The position numbers were made by a program, and so were the translations under genes. Positions 24,545 to 32,000 of a stretch of 32,000 bases of DNA are shown in pieces. Under the pieces are notes generated by a model. That model was given only the letters and a program-made list of their open reading frames with translations, did no database searches and was not told where the DNA came from. The DNA is from Metabacillus sp. RGM 3146 (GTDB taxonomy: Bacteria; Bacillota; Bacilli; Bacillales; Bacillaceae). Location of the stretch: the NCBI RefSeq assembly GCF_049220665.1, contig NZ_JBMKNV010000014.1:53231-85230 (forward strand). The letters run 5' to 3'. Every line of letters begins with the position of its first letter. The stretch's first letter is position 1.

Positions 24545-25981
24545 TTAGATATCAAGAAAATCTTTTACTCTCTGAACATATGGAGTTTTATCATATCCAT
24601 TATACAAGCTTGTAGCAAGACGAACAGGGTCTCCAAAGAAAAACCGCTCATAATGCGTCTGTCTTGTTCCAAAAGCGCTCATGCTGAGATCCCAGGCAAG
24701 TCTGAAAACTTTCACTCTTTCAAATGCCGGCAAAGCAGCAGATTGCAAATACTTTTCAAGATCCTGACTGATTTCGGATTGGAAATCAGCCTCTGAAGGC
24801 AAGGAAATAAGGCCGCTTGCCCCTATAAGCTGGAGAATTTCAATGAAACTGGGATAAAGTTTCGTATACATTAGCTTTGAAACATCCAAAGAATAAATAT
24901 CTGGAACCATAATGCCTCTCTTATCATGCTTAGCATGGTATTCAGATGCAAGAAGAAGTGCCTTTAATGATTCAAGACCAAGAATGATATCACTGATCTT
25001 ATGTTTAATATGAAGATAATCATCTACACTTATGGCCTCGGCCAGGGATTGGGCCACACCAAGAATAAATTCTGTTTTGACAACTTGCCGAGACAATACT
25101 TGGTGAAGAACATGCGAATTAAAATTCATTTCATTGAACATGCTCATTGCTTTCGAATAATTTTGAAAAAGAAATACATTTTCCCAAGGAACTTCTACAT
25201 TATCAAAAACTACAATTGCATCCAGCTCATCAAACCTTGAAGCGAGCGGATGATTAAACCGGCTCTGGTCGTATGAGAAGGATTCTCTGCAAATGAATTT
25301 CAGGCCAGGGGTGTCTGCCGGAATGCAAAACGCATAAATATAAGGTTCGGCTATATAATTGCCCCCAGCTGGCAGCACAAGGAGCTCATCTGTCATACCT
25401 CCTTGTGTAGCGAGCAGCCTGGCGCCTTTTATAACGATCCCATTATTTGTTTTTTTAACGACCTGGGCTGCAATGACGTCTTCTGAATCTTCAAAATAAG
25501 CCACAGACCTATTGACTTGAGGAGTGATAAAAGTGTGGGTAAAGCATAAATCTTTTTCTCTCGCACGTTCATATATTTCTTTGGCATGTTTATCAAAAGG
25601 GTAGTCACCATCTTTAAAAAAATCTGAGGCTGTTCCCAAAGCCATGATAGTAGTGTTCATATATTCCGGCGATCTCCCAAGCAGACCTGCATTGGTTTTT
25701 GCCCATTCCTGAGTAGCAAGCCTTCTTTTTTCCAGGTCTTCTTTCGAAGCAGGCGGTAAAAAAGAAGTACCTGTTTTTTGGCCTGTTAAGGGGGATTTAT
25801 ATGTTAGAAGATCTGTTTTCTCTTCCTCATGCTGCATGTCATAAAGGTGTGCTTTACTCTCAATGACCCCTTTAAATGCAGGATGAACCGTTATGTCTAA
25901 AACTCTTTTCCCGTTTAGCCATATTTCAGGATTCATTTTTTTCAGCCGGTTTTTATATTCCTTTCCATTTATTGCAGGCAC
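24545..25981 (-). CDS. 4-hydroxyphenylacetate 3-monooxygenase oxygenase-component family protein (HpaB/YoaI-like)
   Basis: 478 aa, with an N-terminus NGKEYKNRLKK...EIWLNGKRV.DITVHPAF typical of the HpaB family. GTG start at 25981 with AAGGAG 9 nt upstream. Confidence 0.8.
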   Translation of the reverse strand: MPAINGKEYKNRLKKMNPEIWLNGKRVLDITVHPAFKGVIESKAHLYDMQHEEEKTDLLTYKSPLTGQKTGTSFLPPASKEDLEKRRLATQEWAKTNAGLLGRSPEYMNTTIMALGTASDFFKDGDYPFDKHAKEIYERAREKDLCFTHTFITPQVNRSVAYFEDSEDVIAAQVVKKTNNGIVIKGARLLATQGGMTDELLVLPAGGNYIAEPYIYAFCIPADTPGLKFICRESFSYDQSRFNHPLASRFDELDAIVVFDNVEVPWENVFLFQNYSKAMSMFNEMNFNSHVLHQVLSRQVVKTEFILGVAQSLAEAISVDDYLHIKHKISDIILGLESLKALLLASEYHAKHDKRGIMVPDIYSLDVSKLMYTKLYPSFIEILQLIGASGLISLPSEADFQSEISQDLEKYLQSAALPAFERVKVFRLAWDLSMSAFGTRQTHYERFFFGDPVRLATSLYNGYDKTPYVQRVKDFLDI

Positions 25982-26348
25982 TCGACTCAGCTCCTTTAAA
26001 ATAGCCGTTATTCCATCATATGTGTATACAGCCTGGTTAAGGCTTGCAGGGACAGCGTTAGAAATTATTTTACTTATTGAAGGAAGTACAAAAAGAGGTT
26101 AAGTCTTTTCCGGTTTTATAATTAGAAAATCTAATGATTGAAATAACTAAAATTTATTTTACTAATACACTCTCGTGCGATAAAGTAGACATTGAAACCT
26201 TTTATCCACTAAACCAACTTAGTTGATAGGGATAATGGAAAAGCAATTAGATGAATTCCTTTTTATTATCAGTTAAAGTAAAAGAAGTGCAGGATGTATC
26301 AAAAAATGACGGAAAATTAAGTTTATACATAATAGTGAGGTGGTAGCT

Positions 26349-28172
26349 ATGAAACTTCAGGTAACAAATAGTCCATTTAATCAGGAGCAGGCTGATCTTC
26401 TTAATAGCCTTCTGCCGACTTTAACTGAAGCTCAAGCAATATGGCTGACCGGCTATCTTGCTGCAGCACAGTCTGCACCTGTAATTAATGCAAAAGATAC
26501 GGGAGCAGCAGAGAGCCCTGCACAAATGGCAGAAAAGGCCATTTCAAAAGAAGTAACCATTCTATACGGCTCACAGACTGGAAATGCTCAAGGGCTTGCA
26601 GAAAAAAGCAGCAAAGCACTCGAGGAAAAGGGCTTTCATCCAACTGTCTTATCAATGAATGAGTTTAAGCCTAAAAATTTGAAAAAAACAGAAAATTTAC
26701 TAATATTAGTCAGCACTCATGGAGAAGGAGATCCTCCGGATAATGCACTGTCTTTTCATGAATTTCTGCATGGGAAGCGTGCTCCGAAGCTCGAGGGGCT
26801 CCGTTTTTCTGTTCTTTCTCTTGGAGACAGTTCATATGAGTTTTTCTGCCAAACAGGTAAAGAATTTGATCAGCGCCTTGAAGAGCTCGGCGGTACCCGG
26901 CTTTATCCAAGAGTAGACTGCGATCTTGACTATGATGAACCTGCAGCAGAATGGATGGAAGGAATTATCAGCAGCTTAAGTGAAAAAAAGCATGCTGATG
27001 GGAATGACCCTGTAGAGGAAAAAGCCAGCCAAACTGGTGAAACTGTTTATTCAAGATCCAATCCATTTAAAGCGGAAATATTGGAGAGTATAAATTTAAA
27101 CGGCCGCGGTTCTAATAAAGAAACCACGCATCTTGAGCTGTCTCTTGAAGGATCTGGCCTCACATTTGAACCTGGGGATAGTCTTGGAATTTATCCGGAA
27201 AACGATCCTGTTCTTGTTGATTTGATTCTTGAGGAAATGAACTGGGATCCTGAAGAAATTGTGACGGTAAATAAACAAGGAGATGTCCGTTCTCTGAAGG
27301 AAGCGCTCATATCACACTTTGAAATAACTGTATTAACGAAACCGCTTCTTGAACAGGCTGCAAAGCTCTCAAACAATAAAGAACTGCGCGAATTGCTGTC
27401 GCCTGGAAATGAAAGAGCCTTAAAAGAATACTTGAATGGTCGTGACCTGCTTGATTTATTAAAGGACTTTGGTCCATGGAGCTCAGAACCGCAAGAAATG
27501 ATTTCTATCCTGAGGAAAATCCCAGGGCGTCTGTATTCAATAGCAAGCAGCTTAAATGCAAATCCCGATGAAGTTCATATAACCATCGGTGCTGTCCGTT
27601 ATGAAACACATGGTCGTTCTCGAAATGGTGTTTGTTCCATTTTATGCGCTGAACGGCTTCAGCCAGGAGACACTTTGCCTGTATATATTCAGTCTAATCA
27701 AAATTTTAAGCTTCCAGCAGATCCTGATGTTCCAATCATCATGGTTGGTCCGGGAACGGGAATAGCTCCATTTCGTTCCTTCATGCAAGAAAGAGAAGAA
27801 GCAGGTTCTCAAGGCAAATCATGGCTGTTTTTTGGAGATCAGCATTTCGTAACAGATTTTCTCTATCAGACAGAATGGCAAAATTGGCTTAAAAACGGTG
27901 TGCTCACTAAGATGGATGTTGCATTTTCACGCGATACAGATGAAAAAGTGTACGTTCAGCACCGCTTGCTTGAACATAGCAAAGAATTGTTCGGCTGGCT
28001 TCAAGAGGGAGCAGCAGTTTATATTTGCGGAGACGAGAAAAATATGGCGCATGATGTTCATCACACACTCATTGAGATCATCGAAAAAGAAGGCGGCATA
28101 AGCCGTAAAGAGGCAGAAGATTATCTTGCAGGCATGCAGCAGGAGAAACGATATCAGCGAGATGTATATTGA
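26349..28172 (+). CDS. cysJ: Assimilatory sulfite reductase (NADPH) flavoprotein alpha component
   Basis: Flavodoxin motif ILYGSQTGNAQG, FAD/NADPH domain RLYSIASS and GPGTGIAPFRSF. The ATG at 26349 (MKLQVTNSPFNQEQ, as in B. subtilis CysJ/YvgR) is preferred over the GTG at 26340. Confidence 0.95.
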   Translation: MKLQVTNSPFNQEQADLLNSLLPTLTEAQAIWLTGYLAAAQSAPVINAKDTGAAESPAQMAEKAISKEVTILYGSQTGNAQGLAEKSSKALEEKGFHPTVLSMNEFKPKNLKKTENLLILVSTHGEGDPPDNALSFHEFLHGKRAPKLEGLRFSVLSLGDSSYEFFCQTGKEFDQRLEELGGTRLYPRVDCDLDYDEPAAEWMEGIISSLSEKKHADGNDPVEEKASQTGETVYSRSNPFKAEILESINLNGRGSNKETTHLELSLEGSGLTFEPGDSLGIYPENDPVLVDLILEEMNWDPEEIVTVNKQGDVRSLKEALISHFEITVLTKPLLEQAAKLSNNKELRELLSPGNERALKEYLNGRDLLDLLKDFGPWSSEPQEMISILRKIPGRLYSIASSLNANPDEVHITIGAVRYETHGRSRNGVCSILCAERLQPGDTLPVYIQSNQNFKLPADPDVPIIMVGPGTGIAPFRSFMQEREEAGSQGKSWLFFGDQHFVTDFLYQTEWQNWLKNGVLTKMDVAFSRDTDEKVYVQHRLLEHSKELFGWLQEGAAVYICGDEKNMAHDVHHTLIEIIEKEGGISRKEAEDYLAGMQQEKRYQRDVY

Positions 28173-28197
28173 TTAGAATTGAAAGGAGTTTTCTAAT

Positions 28198-29916
28198 ATG
28201 GTGAACCAAAATTTAAAAGCACCAGAAGGACCGCCAAGCGATGTTGAAGAGATTAAAGAGAGAAGCAATTATTTGCGCGGTACTTTGGCAGAAGTCATGC
28301 TCGATCGGCTTAGCGCCGGTATTCCTGACGATGACAATCGGCTGATGAAACATCACGGCAGCTATTTGCAGGATAACCGGGATCTCCGCAATGAGCGGCA
28401 AAAGCAAAAACTTGAACCTGCCTATCAATTCATGCTCAGGGTCCGTATGCCTGGAGGAGTAGCTCGAGCAGACCAATGGCTGGTGATGGATGATCTGGCT
28501 CAAAAATATGGTAATGGCACATTAAAGCTGACGACACGCCAAACGTTCCAAATGCATGGTATTTTGAAATGGAATATGAAAAAAACCATTCAGGAAATTC
28601 ATGCTTCCATGCTTGATACTATTGCAGCGTGCGGGGATGTTAACCGGAATGTCATGAGCACTTCAAATCCTTTTCAGTCTGACTTTCATGCTGAAGTTTA
28701 TGAATGGTCTAAAAAATTAAGTGATTATTTGCTTCCTCGGACTAGAGCTTATCATGAAATTTGGCTGGATGAAGAAAAGGTAGCTGGAACACCTGAAACA
28801 GAAGAGGTTGAACCGATGTACGGGAAGCTTTATCTGCCAAGGAAGTTTAAAATCGGTATTGCCGTGCCTCCTTCCAATGATATAGATGTCTTTTCACAGG
28901 ACCTTGGCTTTATCGCTGTAATCGAGAATAATAAACTGACGGGTTTTAACGTAGCCATTGGCGGAGGAATGGGAATGTCCCATGGCGACAAAGCGACCTA
29001 TCCTCAGCTCGCCAAAGTAATTGGCTTCTGTAAAACTGATCAAATTCTTGAAGTAGCAGAGAAGATTATCACCATTCAACGGGACTATGGAAACCGTTCT
29101 GTCCGAAAAAATGCCAGATTTAAATATACGGTTGACAGATTGGGACTTGAAAACGTAAAAGCGGAACTGGAAAACCGGCTTGGCTGGAATTTGGAAGAAG
29201 CTCTGCCGTTTCATTTCGATCATAATGGCGACCGTTATGGCTGGGTAGAAGGGATTCAAGGGAAATGGCACTATACTCTCTTTGTAGAAGGAGGGCGTAT
29301 TGCAGATTTTGAACAATATAAGCTGATGACAGGGCTTCGGGAAATTGCGAAGGTTCATAATGGAGAATTTCGTCTAACGGCTAATCAAAATCTGATCATT
29401 GCCAATGTAACAAATGAAGAGAAAGAAAAAGTAAATGAACTGCTTAAACAATACGGCTTACTAGTAGGCAGCCATATTTCAGCACTCCGCCGAAGCTCAA
29501 TGGCCTGTGTTGCACTTCCGACGTGCGGACTGGCAATGGCGGAGGCAGAAAGATACTTACCGGTTCTTATTGATAAAATTGAAGAAATTGTTGATGAAAA
29601 CGCTCTTCGCAATGAAGAAATAACCATTCGAATGACTGGCTGTCCGAACGGATGTGCACGCCATGCACTAGGGGAAATTGGCTTTATCGGTAAAGCACCT
29701 GGAAAGTACAATATGTATCTTGGAGCAGCATTTGATGGCAGCCGATTAAGCAAAATGTACAGAGAAAACATAGGTGAAGAAGAAATTTTAAACGAATTGC
29801 GTGTTCTTCTGCCAAGATATGCAAAAGAAAGAGAAGAAGGAGAGCACTTTGGTGATTTTGTGATCAGGACTGGCGTTATAGGTGCCACATCAGACGGGAC
29901 AAATTTCCATGAGTAA
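28198..29916 (+). CDS. cysI: Assimilatory sulfite reductase (NADPH) hemoprotein beta component
   Basis: Siroheme/4Fe-4S cysteine clusters ([27 protein letters not shown]). N-terminus colinear with B. subtilis CysI/YvgQ. Confidence 0.95.
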   Translation: MVNQNLKAPEGPPSDVEEIKERSNYLRGTLAEVMLDRLSAGIPDDDNRLMKHHGSYLQDNRDLRNERQKQKLEPAYQFMLRVRMPGGVARADQWLVMDDLAQKYGNGTLKLTTRQTFQMHGILKWNMKKTIQEIHASMLDTIAACGDVNRNVMSTSNPFQSDFHAEVYEWSKKLSDYLLPRTRAYHEIWLDEEKVAGTPETEEVEPMYGKLYLPRKFKIGIAVPPSNDIDVFSQDLGFIAVIENNKLTGFNVAIGGGMGMSHGDKATYPQLAKVIGFCKTDQILEVAEKIITIQRDYGNRSVRKNARFKYTVDRLGLENVKAELENRLGWNLEEALPFHFDHNGDRYGWVEGIQGKWHYTLFVEGGRIADFEQYKLMTGLREIAKVHNGEFRLTANQNLIIANVTNEEKEKVNELLKQYGLLVGSHISALRRSSMACVALPTCGLAMAEAERYLPVLIDKIEEIVDENALRNEEITIRMTGCPNGCARHALGEIGFIGKAPGKYNMYLGAAFDGSRLSKMYRENIGEEEILNELRVLLPRYAKEREEGEHFGDFVIRTGVIGATSDGTNFHE

Positions 29917-29940
29917 TGGTATTCAAGAGAAAGAACGCGA

Positions 29941-29980
29941 AAAGCACACCTGCCTTTATGAAAGAGCAGGTGTGCTTTTT
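29941..29980. terminator. Bidirectional terminator between cysI and the convergent UPF0316 gene
   Basis: AAAGCACACCTGC...GCAGGTGTGCTTT 13-bp stem with a T-run on the + side. Confidence 0.85.
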
Positions 29981-30019
29981 CCATTTTGTACATGGATATT
30001 CAATCAAAAAAAAGATTCC

Positions 30020-30583
30020 TCACTGGGAATCTTTTCTATTTGTTTCTTCTTTTTGTTTGAATTTTTTCGCTCTTTTCTTCATCGAACTTGTAATATACCC
30101 TCCCTTAAAGGAACGGAGCTCATATGAGGTCATAAAGGCTTTAGGTTCAATACTTTCTACAATATCAAGAAGCTCTTGTTCCCTGGACCTTCTAGAGACA
30201 ATATCAAGCCTGTAGCGGACCGAGTTAATACCCTGTCCCGTAAATACAGTAACGCCAAAACCTGCTTCCCGCAGAGAAGATACCAATTCATCTGATCTTT
30301 CTACAAGGTTTACATGGTAGGTAACATATCCAATGGCAAGCTTTGCCTCTAATTTGCCGCCGAGAAATAAGCCAACGCCAAAACCAAGTACATAGCCTGC
30401 GATATTATAAAAGTTGGAAAGATCCTGAAAAACAATTCCCAAAGCTACAATATAAATAGCGGCTTCTAAAAGACCGACACCTGCTGCTGCTTTCGTCTGA
30501 CTTTTTACTAAAAAAATGGTTCTCAGTGTTAAAATGGGTACGTATAAAATTTGAAGTGCGAAAATCAATAGAGCCTGTAGCAC
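30020..30583 (-). CDS. UPF0316/DUF2179 family membrane protein (B. subtilis YebE-like)
   Basis: N-terminal TM helices ([27 protein letters not shown]) and a C-terminal soluble domain ([22 protein letters not shown]). Confidence 0.8.
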   Translation of the reverse strand: MLQALLIFALQILYVPILTLRTIFLVKSQTKAAAGVGLLEAAIYIVALGIVFQDLSNFYNIAGYVLGFGVGLFLGGKLEAKLAIGYVTYHVNLVERSDELVSSLREAGFGVTVFTGQGINSVRYRLDIVSRRSREQELLDIVESIEPKAFMTSYELRSFKGGYITSSMKKRAKKFKQKEETNRKDSQ

Positions 30584-30635
30584 AATGAAACCTCATTTCA
30601 TATAAAGTATTGCATTAAATCATTTCTTAGCCTGT

Positions 30636-30971
30636 TCAATTGTTTTCAAAATACAAATGAGAATGCAGGCTGCATCCTGGATTAAAGCTTGCCGAGCAAT
30701 TCGGGCATGTGGAATCACAGCTTAAATAGTCCTCTATTCTCAATTCCAATCCGCAAGATCCGCACAAAATCGCTTTTTGTTCAAATTGATTGTTTGGCCA
30801 TACTTTTATGGGATGATTTGCATGATTTTCATGACAAGCATAACATGGAAAATAGGTTTGGCAACAATAAAATTTTATTGCGATAATATCTTTTTTTGAG
30901 TGATAGTGAACACATCTTGTTTCCGAGTCAAATAGATCACCTTTGACCTCTATCCCTTTACAAAACATCAT
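30636..30971 (-). CDS. CHY-type zinc finger protein
   Basis: Cys/His-rich pattern (CVHYHS...CCQTYFPCYACH...CGSCG...CPNC). The ATG at 30971 with GAGGTGA upstream is preferred over the track start 31046. Confidence 0.75.
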   Translation of the reverse strand: MMFCKGIEVKGDLFDSETRCVHYHSKKDIIAIKFYCCQTYFPCYACHENHANHPIKVWPNNQFEQKAILCGSCGLELRIEDYLSCDSTCPNCSASFNPGCSLHSHLYFENN

Positions 30972-31133
30972 TTTCACCTCAGATATTATTTTAACACCTA
31001 TTTTTAAATAGGGAAAACTACAATTTGTCATCACTAAAACCGACAAGTCTGAAAAATGATTAAATGGTTCATATTGTGTATGATAGAAGTGGAGATTTCT
31101 AATCTACTTTTTTAGCAGGAGGGGGCACTTGAG

Positions 31134-32000
31134 ATGAAGAAGCTGATCGCGATTGATTTAGACGGCACACTGCTGTCATCTAGAATTAAAATATCTGAAA
31201 AAAATATACAGGCAATTAAAAATGCTCAGGAAAAAGGCCATGAGGTAATGGTTTGTTCCGGAAGAGCACCGGAAGATATTATTCGGATATTAAAAGAGCA
31301 TCAACTTGACTGCCATGTAGCTGGAAGCAACGGTACGGTCGTTTATGTACATGAAAAACTGCTGCATATGGTATCTATAAAAGATGAGGATGCAAAAGAA
31401 GTGGCATCCATCCTTGAAGAAAATCATATGCCATACAGGGTTTATACAAGTCATGGAATCTTTATCCCTGACAGCTGGTCGGAAAATGTCAGTGAAGTGA
31501 TCCAAAGCGGGAGAGCCGCAATCGATAATCTAAAAGAAAAAGAGTATAAATACATAACTGAGCAGCCAAAAGAAACGGATATGATTAAAGTCTTTTCTAA
31601 TGTAAATTCTTTATTAAACAAGGAAGATCTATTGATTCAGAAATTTTTCATCCTGACTTTGGATTTGGTTCAAAAAGAAAAGCTCGCCCAAATGTTCAAC
31701 AAAGTAGACGGAATTAATGTGACTTCTTCAGGGCAGCTCAACCTTGAGATTATGGAACAAAACGGAAACAAGGCAGCAGGTTTAAAGGCCGTCGCCAAGT
31801 ATTTTGATATTCCTATGGAAAATACAGTAGCCATCGGCGACAATTTCAATGATCTTCCGATGCTTGAAGAAGCTGGTTTATCAGTCGCAATGGGTAATGG
31901 AGATCCTGAAATCCAAAAGCTTTGCGATGTTATCACTCTGACTAACGATGAAAATGGGGTTGCCTATACCTTTGAAAAATTCATTATGCAGGAATTTTAA
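31134..32000 (+). CDS. Cof-type HAD-IIB family phosphatase
   Basis: Motif I IAIDLDGTLL and motif IV GDNFNDLPML. The stop codon is at 31998-32000, the window end. Confidence 0.85.
   Translation: MKKLIAIDLDGTLLSSRIKISEKNIQAIKNAQEKGHEVMVCSGRAPEDIIRILKEHQLDCHVAGSNGTVVYVHEKLLHMVSIKDEDAKEVASILEENHMPYRVYTSHGIFIPDSWSENVSEVIQSGRAAIDNLKEKEYKYITEQPKETDMIKVFSNVNSLLNKEDLLIQKFFILTLDLVQKEKLAQMFNKVDGINVTSSGQLNLEIMEQNGNKAAGLKAVAKYFDIPMENTVAIGDNFNDLPMLEEAGLSVAMGNGDPEIQKLCDVITLTNDENGVAYTFEKFIMQEF

Noticed and set aside
24533-24796. 87-aa plus-strand ORF after rtp
   Set aside because: It lies antisense within the 3' end of the well-supported HpaB-family gene and has no RBS.
25982-26348. Looked for an S-box (SAM), T-box or other leader upstream of cysJI, and for a shared operator in the divergent hpaB-cysJ region
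   Set aside because: No conserved riboswitch core sequences or terminator/antiterminator pair were recognised. This is only AT-rich sequence with weak promoter-like hexamers.
28894-29993. Long minus-strand ORFs (154 aa and 202 aa) antisense to cysI
   Set aside because: They lie entirely inside a strongly supported cysI ORF. They have no RBS and a low-complexity, Ser/Phe/Ile-rich composition typical of antisense frames.

Overview
This is a low-GC Bacillaceae chromosomal window. Its gene order resembles the terminus-proximal part of the B. subtilis chromosome: sodC/yojM-like, a yojN/yojO-like AAA+/vWA pair, odhA-odhB, sodF-like, rtp, yoaI/hpaB-like, cysJI and a yebE-like gene. About 30 credible CDSs are present, nearly all on the + strand up to about 24.5 kb. 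No rRNA, tRNA, CRISPR array, transposase or integrase was recognised.

Main content:
1. A compact 10-gene gas vesicle cluster (13935-19064) in the order known from Bacillus megaterium: YtxH-like, gvpA/B, gvpO/R, gvpN, gvpF, gvpG, gvpL, gvpS, gvpK, gvpJ.
2. A clear homologue of the replication terminator protein Rtp (24160-24525), preceded by three direct copies and one inverted copy of a Ter-like core (aCTATGTTCTAAaTAAaC). This places the window in the replication terminus region. A weak dif-like dyad lies at 13563-13590.
3. A mifM-like translation-arrest leader ORF, with an SD-sequestering hairpin, in front of a yidC2-type membrane insertase.
4. A roughly 1.07 kb ORF-poor gap between gvpJ and ydjO. 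It holds a head-to-tail array of eight units with a 21-bp period and a conserved GCTGATAA head. It also holds a perfect-consensus sigma-A promoter driving a roughly 215-nt structured, apparently non-coding transcript.
5. A dense family of roughly 150-250 bp MITE/REP-like intergenic repeats, with six loci in 32 kb. One copy is inside the gvp operon, one sits between Ter sites, and an inverted pair brackets a 2.8-kb four-gene segment.

I could not recognise a defence-type or otherwise obviously new protein system. The least explained signals are the phased repeat array, the orphan RNA and the repeat family. All homology statements come from motif recognition and memory, not from searches.
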